Shown here one piece after another: positions 25,400 to 39,281 of a stretch of 64,000 nucleotides of DNA; position 1 is the first letter of the stretch, and the number at the start of each line of letters is the position of its first letter. This stretch comes from Octopus vulgaris (taxonomy: Eukaryota): contig OX597824.1 in the NCBI GenBank assembly GCA_951406725.2, positions 54,932,001-54,996,000 on the forward strand, given 5' to 3'. The translations under genes and the position numbers were made by a program. The notes beneath the pieces are model-generated. The model did no database searches and had not been told where the DNA came from. It saw nothing but the letters and a program-made list of their open reading frames with translations.

Positions 25400-26505
25400 A
25401 TGAGGGGTGTTCATTAAAGATTTCCCCTGACCCACTTCCGGAAACGGAACTTGTACAAGTATCATCAAACATGTCTCTACGTGTCACCTTGTAAATTTCA
25501 ACTTTCCACTAGTATTCATTTGTCTTCTATGGCTGCTGAAATGGACTAAGGTGTTACAATGGAGGCAGCTGAAAGCAGATCAGTGATCAGGTTCTTATAC
25601 TTGAAAGGTTGTACACCAAAAAAACTTTTGATGAGATGAAAAAAGGTTTATGGTGATGATGCACCATCATATGGCATTGTCAAGAACTAGCATCACCAGT
25701 TCAAATGTGGTTGGACATTGGGGGGGAAACTGCTCCTATTCCTGGCTGACCACATTCCGCCATTGATGACGACACCATCCATAAAGTGGAAGCTGCCATT
25801 TTGAAGGAATGTTGCATAACTATTTGGCAACTAGGCCAAGAAGTGAAGATAAGTGTAGGGTATGTGGGAAAAAATCATTCACAACCATTTGCACATGCAG
25901 AAGTTGTCTGCATGATGGATTCCCTGGATGCTCACATTTTTTCAGAAGCAGGAACAAGTCAATTGTTCCCAGGTTCTTTTGGCAGTGTGCCAAGAAAATG
26001 AGGGAGACTTTTTCAGCAGACTTACCACACAGGATGAAACATGGGTCTATCACTATGATCCTGAGACTGAAGTCCAGTTGAAGCAATGCAAGCATCATAC
26101 CTCACCAATCCTCAGCAGGTAAGGTGCTCAGTCTTTTGGGACCAGCATGGAGTAGTGATGATGAATTTTCTGGCAAAGGGCACCACAATTAACAGAGTAT
26201 ATTATGCTTCTCTGCTGCAGAAATTGCAGGATGCCATCAAAGCCGAGAGAGGCATGGCATGTTGACCAAAGGAGTCTGCATCCTCCAAGACACTGCTCCA
26301 GTTCACAATGCACATGTTGCCCAGATGAAAGCACACTCCTTGCAGCTATGAAATCCTTCTTCAACCTCCTTACTCTCCCAACCTTGCACCATCTAACTTC
26401 TACCTCTGTCCAATCATGAAATCTTTTTTGGAAGGGGAAGCACTTTTCAGATGATGATGAACTTATTTCCAGATGCAACCTACTGACTTCAACAGATAAG
26501 GTCTT
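25400..26505 (+). mobile_element. Mariner DNA transposon, second family (degenerate)
   Basis: TA|tgaggggtgttca TIR; DETWVYHYDPET, LQDTAP, PYSPNLAPSNF motifs. Confidence 0.85.
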
Positions 26506-26698
26506 CACATCTGAAGATGAGAATTAGATATTCTCTGTATAGAATATACTTAGTAGTGCTCAAGAAGTTTAAACTTGAGTGGATGGAGGAGTAAATGTAA
26601 GGATAAGCAAGTTAGGCAGGTTGATATACAAAGAATATTAAAACAGTTCTATATTTGAGAGATGAGGAATTATGTACATTATTTACATTTGTTGGATA

Positions 26699-29600
26699 CA
26701 CTGTGCGACACTAAAAAACGTACAAGAGATTTGTGGTCATTTTTATATGTCAAATGACATGGGAAATCCATTTCTGGCCTTCTTTTTGTTGAATTAGGCA
26801 TGGTTTCTACAGAATTTTCACTGTATACCCTTTTTGTCATTATTATTAAATAAAATTCTCTACCACATTGTAAAATGGGTTTAGGGCTAGAGACCAATCT
26901 TAGTAACACCTACAATGTGATTCAAAGCTTGTGTTTAATGTTACTAGCAGAATTGCCCGGCGTTGCTCGGAGCTGAATTGCTTGAAAGTACTGTTAATGA
27001 TTGCACTGAATTATGATGATTATTCAGGCAAATATTGATATAAGTTTACGGCGAATGAATGTATTTGTAAGTGTATAGAAAGCCGTGTAAAGGGGTTCCT
27101 ACCCCCTCGTAGAATGGTGTAAGAATTGAATGTGAGGTTGCCTTGAAAAGAGCCATGTTATTGTTCTCATAATTGTAAGAATTTGATAGTCATGGAAGGC
27201 GGTGTATGAATGGCAGCGGATGTACTGTTACAAAACTTCATGCTGTGTTAAAAGAGAATGGATGCCCTATGTAGGCAAGAGGGGAATGAAGCATGGGTAA
27301 GTAAATATGGGTAATTTATAAAATATAGAACAATAGCATCTACTCACCATATGTCAGACCGGCAAGACTGTAGTGGTGCTGAATAGATGAAGTGAATTGT
27401 GTGTGTGTGTTTGAGTGTTTGTATGTAGTTGTTTGAAACGTTTGTTTGTCACTGTTATATATGTATATGTTTGTGTGTCTATGTGTGTGTGTGAAGAGTA
27501 AATCGTTATGTATTTATTTTTTTCTGTTTCCTCTCTGTCTTTTTTTTGAGGAGTGGTTTGCAAAGAGAAAGTAGATGTATATGTTTGCGTGTCTATGTGT
27601 GTGTGTGTGAGGAGTAAATCATTATGTATTTATTTTTTCTCTGTCTTTTTTTTGAGGAGTGGTTTAAGCATTAATAAAAGAAAGTAGGAGAATGTGTGAT
27701 GTTGAATGTATTTTTAAGAGTGGTATACACTTGCAAAGAGAAAGTAGCAGAAAGTGTGGTAATAGAAAGAGTAAAGCAGTTGAAATGAGAGAGGCAAATC
27801 GTAAAATATTGAGTTTTATCGAATTTTTACTTAATTGGGGGGGGGGGGGGCAAATTTAAAAAAGTTTATATGCCATGACCCAATCGAATCTACTTCGAAA
27901 AATCATAGCTAAATTCCAATTGAAGAAATTCTATATTGTACAATCGTATAGCAAACGAACATAGTCTGCCTTTTATCATAAGAGATTTTTTATCTTTCAG
28001 ATCTTATTTGTTTTCAACAATGAGTGCAAGACAGTGCAAAAATGATCCAAACAGATTCTGTTATATCTGTGGGGAATTGACTTTTGCTATTTACATGCCA
28101 TATCAAGAAAATATACAAGGTGTACTTCGATTGTTACTTAGGAGACCAGTCATGGGCTCTTCATGTGTGTTGCCTTACATGTGTGAAGACATTGAGTGCC
28201 TGGTATGCAGGAAAAAATGTTCACATGAAATTTGGTGTGCCAATGATTTGGTGTGAACAGAAAGATCACTCTAATGATTGCTATTTCTGTCACCATGACA
28301 TTACAGGCTGTACAACAGCAAAGAAAAAGAAACACATTGTTTACCCAAATTTGCAATCAGTAATGCGCCCAGTAGAGCACTCAGAAAATTTACCTGTGCC
28401 CAAACCTCCAGATCAAAAAATCTAGAGTTCCAGCATTGCTGATGAACATTCCAGTGGTGAATGTGTGAAGCCCAATGACCCAGAAAGCGAGAATAAACCA
28501 ATAACATTTTCTCAAGAGGCACTAAATGACTTGTGCAGGGATCTCTATTTAACCAAAGAGAAAACTGTGTTTCTGGCATCAAGACTTCAGGAATGTAATC
28601 GTCTTGAGAAAGGAGTGAAGATAACACTGTACAGATAACGTACAGAGGATCTGTTTGCATTATTCACCATGAAGAATGACTTATGCTTTTGTAATGACAT
28701 CACTGAACTTTTTAAGCAACTGGAAATACCATATGATAAAACCAACTAGCGACTTTTCATAGATGCATCCAAGGACAGCATCAAAGCTGTTCTGCTACAC
28801 AATGGTAATACTCTGCCTTCTTAATTCCCATAGCTTACAATACAACCATGAAAGAATCATATGAAAATCTGAAAGCAATTCTAACAAGCATACAGTATGA
28901 TGACCATACCTGGCACATTTGTGCAGATTTTAAGGTTGTGACCATGCTTACTGGCCTTTAGCTTGGCTATACTAAATTTTGATGCTTCCTGTGCTTATGG
29001 AATTCCGGAGCAAGAGCTGAACATTATGTACACAAAGATTGGCTGATCCGAGATGAAGTTGAGCAAGGAAAACACTGCACCATGCACAAATCACTTGTGA
29101 AAAGTGATAGAATTTTTTTACCACCTTTGCATATTAAACTTGGTTTGTTTAAGCAATTTGTGAAAGCCTTGGACAAGGAACCCTCCGCATTTGCATATCT
29201 TGCAGAAAAGTTCCCTTCCCTGAGTCAAGCTAAAATTAAAGAAGGTTTCTTCATAGGTTCCCAAATTCGAAAAATTGTACTAGATGAAACCTTCATCACA
29301 CATCTTAAGAGAAAAGAGAAGCTTGCCTTTAAGTCATTCAAGAAAGTTTCCTGGGCAACCATCGTTCAGAAGACTATGTGCAAGTTGTGAATGATCTGCT
29401 GAGTCATTATCATGATATGGGATATAACATGTCTCTAAAAGTTCATGTGCTTCACTCTCATTTGGACTTTTTTGCGGAAAATCTTGGTGATATGAGTGAT
29501 GAACATGGCGAAAGATTACATCAGGATATTTCAGTGATGGAGTGACGATTCAAAGGAAACTGGTACCCTGCCATGTTGGCAGACTACTGCTGGGGTATAA

Positions 29601-29883
29601 AAAAAGATCACTCCGCACAAGAAGCTTAAAAAGACAAATGTTGTTTAAACTGACAGGTGTGTTTTTAATACATAACCAATATATGTTTTGTCATACCAAC
29701 TAAATTTTTGTTTTGATTTTTGTAACTTTAAGTATTTGCAATGTTTATAAAACATGGTTCATGGTACAGGAAAACGGTGCCTAATCTGGAGAAATAACAG
29801 TCAGAATCAGGACAACTTTTTGACCCAGAAACAAGGCTTACTTAACTTGTACTCTTTTTGAACCTGAAATTTGTTGCACAATT
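26699..29883 (+). mobile_element. Chapaev3 (CMC) DNA transposon, degenerate
   Basis: TIR CACTGTGCGACA vs degraded tgttgcacaatt; 3-bp ATA TSD; FCYICG, LPPLHIKLGL and HSHLDFF..NLG..SDEHGERLHQDI motifs at 28020-29640. Confidence 0.8.
26944..27985 (-). mobile_element. Non-autonomous Helitron nested in Chapaev3
   Basis: Minus-strand 5' TCtcttatgataaaaggcaga (27985) and 3' ccgagcaacgccgggcaattctgCTAG|T (26944). Confidence 0.85.
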
Positions 29884-31860
29884 ATATTTGGCCTCATCTT
29901 GTTTTAGCTGATATACTCTCCAGCTTTGCGATATCCCTCTATCCTTATTTTGAGGGGCAGCATGTTTCATCTTTGTATAACCTACCACAGCTGCATGGGA
30001 TGGAGTACACATAGTCTTTGGTCATATTCTCTTCTATTGGTGGTTTTACTTGAAGGAGGTAATTTCGAAGTATTTTATTAATCTTCAATACTGTTCTGAT
30101 GTCATATGGGTTGCATATCTTTTGTATCTTTTCGGAGAAGCCTTTCACATAGGGTATACAGACTGTGGTCAGTTTATGGGTTCCATCCTCTCTTCTCTTC
30201 ATAATTGTGTGCTTTTGGGGTAGTTGTTGCTTAATAGATTGCTACTTAGCTTGATCATTTCTTCATGGTGTTTATCAGGATCGCTACTTATATTCTTTGC
30301 TTGATGTTTTAGGCACTGAGCAATCCCCCTCTTTACACTGTATGGATGGTGGGAATTGAAGTTGAGGTATTGTCTGGTGAAGGCTGGCTTGCGGTATATA
30401 GACGTACTGGATCCATACTTGGTGTGTGTTATTAATACACCCAGGAATGCTAGCTGATTGTCTTTTTCCTTTTCCATTGTGAACTGAATGGATGGCTTTA
30501 TTGAGTTCACATGATATAACAGTACTTGGACATCTTCCTGGTGGGGCCAGAGTATAAAGGTGTCATCAACATATCGCAGCCATAGGGTTGGTTTTAGTGG
30601 TGTTGATCCTAAAGCCAAATTCTCAAAGTATTCCATGAATATATTGGCTATTATTGGTGATAATGGCAAACCCATAGCTAAACCCTCTTCTTGTTGATAT
30701 ATATCCGTTCCCATACTGATGTAGGTAGTTTCTACACAGAAGGTCAACATTTCCAACAAGTATTGCTTGTACTTCATTGGTATAAAGTGACCCTTGTTCT
30801 TGGTCAAGATCTGTGACAACTTCCTCTCTGTTTTCAGAGCTGGGTCTTTCTTTACTTTGCTGTAGCTACCATCACTTATGAGACTTGCCAATTTTTCAGA
30901 GTAGTCAGACTTGTTCATCACCACTAGTCTGTTGGAAGTATTATGATGGAATTGTCATTCTGTTGTATTTTGATAGCGAACTTTTCTTCCTTAGTGATGT
31001 TTGGTTTGAGAAGTTTCGTTTTTTCTTGTACTTGTCTCATTTTCCACCTTAGTTCATCTCCCTGAGCTTTTGGTATTTTTATGGCTATCTCTTCAATAGG
31101 GGCTATTATGTCCAAGTATGGAATGAACTTGATGGTTGTTGCAAAGTTGAGACCTTTGTTTAGTACCACTTCTTCAGAGCTTTCTAGATGTTGGCTACTT
31201 ACGTTAATTACTGCTTTCACAGGTGGGTGACAGACTTCAGTCTTCATTCTCTGACCTTCATAAACTTCTTAACCTGGCATGTCTTCACCTTTTCAAATTC
31301 TTTATTGCACAACTTTTCTAGATCTTGTTGGATTCTCTTTCAATCATCATCTCTGGTTATTCTCCTAAGTAATGAAGATAACCTCTCTCTGATTTCATTA
31401 TTTAGTTGATGTTTTTTCCAATGGTTATAATGGATCTTCTCACAGACGAGGGCATGTCTTGCCATTTCCGCTACTCTTCAAACTTTATATGAATCCACTG
31501 GTATCATTACATTCAAGCCGGGTGGTATTAGCTTTGAGTCTCTACATCTACACAGGAAAGTTAGATGGTTTGAAAGATGAGCTAGTTCCTGATGGAGTTT
31601 CTCTGTATGTCTCCATTGAAGTCTAATGTTAGCTCCACACCGATTAGATAATACAGTTCTATATTTGAGAGATGAGGTATTATGTACATTATTTATATTT
31701 GATGGATATTCGTTGTCACCTTGTTTGTTGTTAACACAATGTTTCGGCTGATATACTCTCCAGCCTTCTTCAGGTGTCCTGGGGAAATTTCAAACCTGGG
31801 TTCTCATTCCTAAGGTATTTTTTGATGTTATTATTATTATTATTATTATTCAGGTCTGAC
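29884..31860 (-). mobile_element. Penelope-like element (Penelope/Poseidon-type), degenerate; 3' pseudo-LTR continues at 26640-26698
   Basis: LNKGLNFA, GLAMGLPLSP, WLRYVDDTF, YVYSIPCSCG; pseudo-LTR 31652-31770 is repeated at 26641-26698 plus 29884-29925. Confidence 0.88.
31733..31778 (-). ncRNA. Minimal type I hammerhead in PLE pseudo-LTR
   Basis: Minus strand reads gacac-CTGAAGA-a ggctg gagagtatat cagcc-GAAA-ca-TT-gtgtt; stem III minimal and probably mutated. Confidence 0.7.
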
Positions 31861-32904
31861 TTACACAGAATAGAAATAACAAGAATTAAAGGGCTTGAAG
31901 AAAAGTATTACAAATCCAACAGCTGTTTCTGGGGGCCTAGTGGTCCAAAATAATGATTGGAAGAAATCTTACATTTGAAGTATTAATTTCTTCTTGGAAC
32001 CAGATTATATGCTGACTTGCAGGGATTTATCTGGAACTTTCTAGTACTGATTTATTAAGATTCTGTTTATAATTAGAATATATTCTCTCAATTTCAGTTG
32101 TCTTTTGGCTCCACTAATTTAATGTAGCATATAACATAATTCTCTATTACTTGATAATAATTACTGAACTTCCCAAAAATACATAAAAAAACCCCAGCAC
32201 ATATGCAACAATTGGAGGCAATTTCATTCTTTCATTTCTAATAACATAAAGCAGGAATATCATATATATGAATAGGGATGGAAAACATGGCAATAATGTT
32301 CTTATTATTCAATTGAGAATGCAGGAATTTAGGTTCATTGCAAAAATAGCAACAACTTTATTCTTCCTCTGTTTACCATAAATGGTGAAACAATTACAGA
32401 AAGGAACATAGCTGTAAAATTAACAATGGCCTCAATGATACTTTCTTTCTTATAAACAACTATGAGTAGAAGAGAAATGGCAAGAGAAAAGAAACATCAC
32501 AATACAGTAAAAAATGAAAGGAAAAGAGTAAAAATTCATAAAATAACATTGTATAATAGTAAAAATTATCAGGTGAAAATGATAGAAAAAAAAGACAGCT
32601 AAAAATGAAAGAATATGAGAGGAAGATAAGACAACAAGAAAGTAATAAAGATAGAGAAATAAGATAGCAGAGAAAGGAGAAAATTACAGAAATAGCAAAA
32701 AAAAACCCAAGAAAATACAAAAAAGAAGACGAATAAGATTGCTAAAAAATGAAGAAAGAATAAATGGAGTATGCAAGCGTGAAAAAGACTGAAAAATAAG
32801 ATTTTAAAAAAAGTTTTGTAAATTTGTAGAAAATGTATGGATGGTTGCAATGGCTGGGTGCAATATTTACTTATCACAAAATATGTAATGAGTAGTGCTA
32901 GAAA

Positions 32905-34357
32905 GTGGGACAAAGTGGCAACTCAGCCACAGCCCATGTTTTACTGTCATGCAGCATAGCTGTTTGCACACAGGCATCATACAGTCTGCCCTTCAATCTG
33001 AGGGAGAGGCTCTTTGTTGCCAGCAGAAGTAGGAACTCTCCGATCTTTGCCCAGCCTATTCTTATTTTTGCAGATAAACTACCTCTAGCTTACCCCACTG
33101 GCAGTTGATGGAGTCTGTTTTCTGTACATTTTTTTTGTGTTTATTGTACCTGTGCACCTTCCACACACAAAAACTGTTTTCCCAGTTAACCTTCCTTGGA
33201 TATTGTTGCACCTCTTATCTGTCCATAGCTTGCACAAGGTACATCTTATGGAATTCCTACCAATGCCTTTCCTACAGATTAAGCAGGGCTATCTGCCTGT
33301 AGGGATTTGTGATTTGTCTGCTTTCCTACTTACCAAAACTTTGGTTTTTGCTACATCAACTCTAAGGCCCTTTAATTCTAGATCTTGCTTCCATATCAGA
33401 AATTTCTTCTCTATTTCTCATAGTGATTTGGCTATAAGAACAAGGTCATCAGCATAGAGGAGCTCTCAAGGGCAGCCTGACTTGAATTCCTCTGTTATTA
33501 CCTGGAGGACTATGATGAACAAGAGGGGTTGAGGACTGATCCTTGGTGAACACCTACTTGTACCCTGAATTTCTTGCTAAACTCCTTGAAAACCTTCACC
33601 TTCCTAACAGCACCCCTGTACATGGCTTGTACAGCTCTCACCAACAACTCATTGACACCTAGCTTCCACATTGACCATCAGATAAGGGAGCGGGTACTCT
33701 GTCAAAGGCTTTCTCCATGATGGTCTGAAAAGTTGGGCACAAGAAACATCTGATATGGTGTGCAAGAGAGATGACTGTGCTGGTATGGCCATGTGATGTC
33801 TATGGATGAGGACAGCTGGGTAAAGAAGAGCTGATTTCTAAGTGTGGAGGGAACCTGTGGTAGAGGTAAATCCAGGAAGACATGGGACGAGGTGGTGAAG
33901 CATGATCTTCAAACATTGGGCCTCACGGAAGTAATGATTAGTGACCGAAACCTTTGGCAATATGCCGTGCTTGAGAAGACCCATCAAGCCAAGTGAAATC
34001 ATAGTTGTGGCCAGTGCTGGTGTCACATAACTGGCACCCATGCTAAAAGCACCTTTCATGTGTTGTGCCTCATGGAAGCAATGACAAATATCCAAAACTT
34101 TTGGCAATATGCCATGCTCGAGAAGAAGACCCATCAAGCTGAGTGAAATTGTAGTCATGGTAGATACTGGTGTCATGCAACTGGCATACAAAAAGCACCC
34201 ACTACACTCTCAGAGTGGGTGGTGTTAGGAAGGGTATCCAGCCATAGAAACCATGCCAAATCAGACTGGAGTCAGGTGCAGCTCCTCAGCTTACCTGCTA
34301 TGGTCAAACTGTTCAACCCATGTCAGCATGGACAACAGATGTTAAATGATGATGATA
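32905..34357. mobile_element. RTE LINE 3' portion with 5' inversion
   Basis: Minus-strand RT piece 32905-33718 (EKAFD, YADDLVL) joined to a plus-strand C-terminus (WYGHV-like) and a 3' UTR ending in (GAT)n. Confidence 0.75.
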
Positions 34358-34689
34358 GGTGACATTCAAAAAGAAATAAAAAATCAGAACTTATTTTAAA
34401 TTTGCAAGAGAGGTTTCCTGAAAAGAATTCTTATGTCAGAAGCTTTCAGTATGCTTTCGAATTTACTTCTGGGTTTTCTAAGTTGTCATCAATGCTAACA
34501 AAAGACCAACAAGGATATATGCATTGGTTTAATGTTTCTGAATGAAATGAGAGGAACATGGTAAACAAGATATTGTTTTAAAATAAGGTGACATAACCAT
34601 CAAACTCAATAATGAAACTCACTTTGTATACAATGTTTTACAATATATCCATTGCTTTTTGTTAACTGAGAAGATGGATACCAGGCTTG

Positions 34690-36520
34690 CTTCCGTTTCC
34701 GGTCATTAGTCTTTCTTCTCTCTGCCGTTGAAGTCGTCACGCTGGTTCGCAGCTGGCGTAAATTAAACTGAAGTTGCTGGTTTGCAGCTGGCGAAAATTA
34801 AAAGACGCTCTACTGTAGGGTAAGACTTTTTGCTTTTTGGGTCTGGTGGGATTTGTTGCCTGCTGGTTTTATTCTTTTGAACAGGCAGGGAGTCCTCACC
34901 AGATTCGAGGCTTGTTGTCTGCCTTGCAGTGGAGACGTATGTATTTTCTCACATAATTGTGAGAAATTATTTTTTACCTGTGGATTATTGGCCAGGAGTA
35001 CTTTTTCGGCCGAAAATTAATTTCTTGGTCTGGAATTGAACTCTCTTCTTCAAAGCTTTCATTTATTTAAAAAAAAAACAACTTTTATTGAAGTTATTTT
35101 TATTTTATTTCTTCTCTTCTGTTGTGTCTTTCCTTCTTCTTTTTTTGTGTCGTTTTAATTTTTACGTTTTTGAACTGCATTCGAACTTTGTGTTGAAATG
35201 GCAAAGGAATTTCTTGTGTGGGACTTGACACCTCCCAAAAAAGAGCTTGAAAGGAAGACGGTGGTGTTGAGGACTTATTCAAAGTCGCTCGACACCATAG
35301 CTGTCTTCCCGAGGGCCACAATTTTGAATGAGCCGGCAGATTACATGCCAGCTATTAAATTTATTTCACGGGGAGTCAAATATGCAACGGTCTGGTTGCT
35401 ATTTGACTCCCCCCAAGAAGCTTGCAATTTTGCAAGTCAGCCCCCTCGAGGGCGAGGAAATAATGTTTCTTCCAAGCTACTGTGGAAAGAAATTATTGAG
35501 GGCTTAGATCTGCGGTTTGCCACCCGGAGTTGAGCCCGAGTGGATAGAGGACTATCCACCGGGGTCTGGGTGGTAGTAGTACCAAGCTGCTTAATGTGAA
35601 AATGTTGCCTGCGGCTGATTGGGAGGGGTCAAAAGCTGTTTTGACTCTATGGACCCAATCAGCCGAAAGTCTGGTCATTCCAGATTTTTTGAGGATGGCC
35701 GGTGATGCTCGAGGGACGCCCCCCCCCCCCAAGTGTCACCTTGGATCCTGGAGCAGTTAATAGTGGAATCTCTCCCTGCTCCCTCAATGGAGGGAGAGAA
35801 GGAGGATGACAAGGAGGTTTCTACATCCTCGAAAAAACGAAAACGAAAGGTGGACAACAATGGTTGCCCACCGAAGGACCCGAGGGCTGTGGGAGAGGAG
35901 GACCTGTTGCGTGCATCACAGGAACCTCACCCTCTCGCGGCACAAGGGAAAAAGAAAAAAAGAAAGAAGAAAAACGAGACATCGCCGGCGGGTTGTGACA
36001 TGCTGCCGGCATGTCCCAATCCTCCTCAGGCTGGTGTGCCGCTGGAGGATGAATTTGTGGTCCTCTTCCACAAAGGAGGAACCATAGAAAATGAAGTTAA
36101 AAAAATGGAAAGGAGGGGCCGATGGGAGGGACTTCTGTCCTGCACGGAGGATCCTGAGTGGCCTTCGCAGGTGGCTGCGGAGGTCCTATGGGATAGTGAT
36201 CTGTGCAGGATCATAAATTCCTTCCCGGAGGACTCCTACAGATTTATGTCTGTGTGGTCCGGCCTGGAACCGAGTACATGCTTCAATGAAGCAAGGAGAC
36301 TGGTCAGCCAGATAACCTGAAACATGTGACTTTTTGTGTGTTTTAAAAAAGAATTCTGAACATTGTGTTAGAGATTTATTGCCTCGTTGTGTTTTGAAAT
36401 AAGAACATTGTTTTAGAGAAGCGAAAGTCGGCGGGCGCTTTTCGTCTTCTCCCATCATCCTCATTTTTGCATCACCATGAAATTCATCTTTATCACTGTC
36501 AAAGTCTTTTTAATCACTAC
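34690..36520 (+). mobile_element. L1/Tx1-like element with 5' UTR and broken ORF1 only
   Basis: ORF pieces 35198-36320 include ICGLPPGVEPEWIE (RRM-like, alternate frame) and a K-rich linker; no ORF2. Confidence 0.4.
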
Positions 36521-36521
36521 A

Positions 36522-36981
36522 TCTGTATATATAAAAGGCAGAACGTGTATGTGTGTGTGCGTACGTGAATGTAGATTATGCACATCCACAAATTAGCACG
36601 CATGCCGCTCAAATTTTAGGAGGACATTTATCATGACCCTAGCTGTATTTTCGCCAAATTATTTTCCTCTGAGGCACCAGCAAATAGCGGTAAAAATAAT
36701 TTTGAACCATAACTTCTAACAATTTTCAAGTCGGAGAAATACACCATCATTTGCAAATATGAGTTAAGTCCCCTTCTAGCCATGGTGTAAAGAGAGGGGG
36801 AGAGAGAGAGAGAGATATAACAGATTTTTAAAATTTCGTCTTTTTAGTGAGTGATTGATAGGCAAAACCAGACAGACAGGCGTATGTATGTATGTGTGAA
36901 TGGCTTCAGTCTCACATACACACACTTCGAACATGTATGCATACAAAACACTTGTATGCAATGTGTGTGTGTGTGTTGCCC

Positions 36982-37020
<39 letters not shown>

Positions 37021-37402
37021 CACAATATAAATGATATACTCCGTTTCTCCACAACTAATTTCCAAATTAGCTGAATCCGTTGCTCTACTCATACTGACAT
37101 ATAGCTGGTCGTGCGTGAACATAGGAGAGAGCAGAAGTTACCAGAGCAAAAACACTAAGTGTTGACTCCTTCGCAAATGATCAGCTATTATTTTGTAAAC
37201 TGTTTCGAAACTGTTCATGTTTTCGAAAGGAGAGATCTGACTCTCACATCTCTGTGGGAGAAGGTAGGCCTCTCTATTCCTCTTACAAAACTTACGTCCG
37301 GGTGCTAAATTTTCTTCAGTTGATGGTATTACTCTGGGGCAAAGGTGTAGAAAAACACGTATGCAATAGGTGTATGTACATATATGTCTCTGTGTGTGTT
37401 GC

Positions 37403-37448
<46 letters not shown>

Positions 37449-38163
37449 TTAATTGTAATCTGATCATAACTGCTTCTCACACAGAGGCGTTCTATTTTCC
37501 TTGCTGGAAAGATTCCCAACCCATGGGCAAAGGGGGTTATATGATGGGGGATGGTATTTTCAAAAGGGTTAGCATATGCAACCTGATCACCTCTGCCGAT
37601 TAAACTCCCAACTGATGCGCTCCTGTTGCGATACTGATTCTGCAGAACTGGGCTGGGTATGAAAACCAACTTTAAAGTATAAATATAGATGTTTTTGAAT
37701 CAGCAATGTTGTGTGTGCTTAAGTTCTATTTGGAGTGAAAAATCAATAAACTGATTCCTTATGGGGTTTTCCATTTAAATAAAACAAATTGATAAACCTT
37801 ATAGGACTTCTTACTAAAATTGGCTACACTCCATTCTCAACCATAACTTTTACCAATTTTGATGTATTTTGTTCAAACTTGATGCCAGCATTACTTAGGA
37901 CTCATGGGATCTTTGAATGCTTTAAGTTCTCCAAAAACGAAAAAAAACAAAACAATTGATGAGTGGAGAAAATCAATAAACCAATTCCTTATGGGATTCC
38001 CCAATCAAATTGTCTGGAACTCATTTTCAGCCAAAAGTTTACCAATTTCAATGGATTTCGCTCAAATTTGACATTGATGTTACTTAGTTTGGTTTGAAAT
38101 AAAGAGCTTGATTAGCTTAATAATCCTAACTTAATCCCGAGCAAAGCTGGGCTATACTGCTAG
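36522..38163 (+). mobile_element. Non-autonomous Helitron with antisense Pif1 relic
   Basis: A|TCtgtatatataaaaggcaga; 3' cccgagcaaagctggg...CTAG|T; minus strand encodes MFTHDQLYVSMSRA at 37122. Confidence 0.85.
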
Positions 38164-38890
38164 TAGTGTATAAATGTATGGTGACAATACAGAATAAGTA
38201 CTATGTTGGAGCTACAATGAAACATATGAAGGAGCACATCTTGATGCATAGGCACGCCTTCTCAAACTCTTGTCATAAGTTCTCAACATACTCAGGATGA
38301 TTACTTGCAGATTACAACACATACTTGCATAATATTTTTGGATAACTTACTGTTATGCATGTGGAAGCTAATGCACATCCACACACGTGTGTATGTGTGT
38401 GCATAAAGCAGCATGTAGAAAGAGTGAGGACAGTATGTGAGATGTCTGCCTGTGTGTGGGTATAAGCGCATATGTGTATATATATATATCTGCACATGCA
38501 TGTACATATAACTACATGTGTATGCATATAGATGTGTATGTGAGTGTATGTATACATATGGCCAAGAATGACTGATTTATGATGTACTTATAAAGGCAAC
38601 TGCTAAATGCCAAGCTTGTCAAACCAGAACTCATCGGACCTAAACATAGAGATGTCAAGAAAGATGGCAACTATTTTTCTTTTGTACAATGACATATGGT
38701 GGAGAGAATGGAGTTACTACTACAATAACTGTAAGCTTTTCTACCTCACTTTCTTCCCTTTTCTCTTTTATGTGTACATACATGTGTGTATGTTCCTCCC
38801 TATCCTTCTCTCTCTTTTCCTCATTCTTCTCTTAACATTATCCCTCGACCTTGCCTCCTATCATCTTGTATTCTGGTATACCACCCTGTG

Positions 38891-39281
38891 AGTGGAGGCG
38901 CAATGGCCCAGTGGTTAGGACAGCGGACTCGTGGTCATAGGATCGCGGTTTCAATTCACAGACCGGGCGTTATGAGTATTTATTGAGCGAAAACACCTAA
39001 AAAGGCTCCACGAGGCTCCGGCAGGGGATAGTGGTGATCCCTGCTGTACTCTTTCACCACAACTTTCTCTTACTCTTACTTCCTGTTTCTGTTGTACCTG
39101 TATTTCAAGGGGCTGGCCTTGTCACTCTCTGTGTCACGCTGAATATCCCCGAGAACTATGTTAAGGGTGCACATGTCTGTGGAGTGCTCAGCCACTTACA
39201 CGTTAATTTCACGAGCAGGCTGTTCCGTTGATTCGGATCAACCGGAACCTTCATCGTCGTAACCGACGGAGTGCTTCCATC
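38891..39281 (+). mobile_element. Full-length tRNA-derived SINE with 13-bp TSD
   Basis: A and B boxes; TSD ataccaccctgtg at 38878-38890 and 39282-39294. Confidence 0.9.

Noticed and set aside
26505-26545. CTGAAGA plus hairpin as a hammerhead
   Set aside because: No GAAA or stem III follows; at best a truncated relic.
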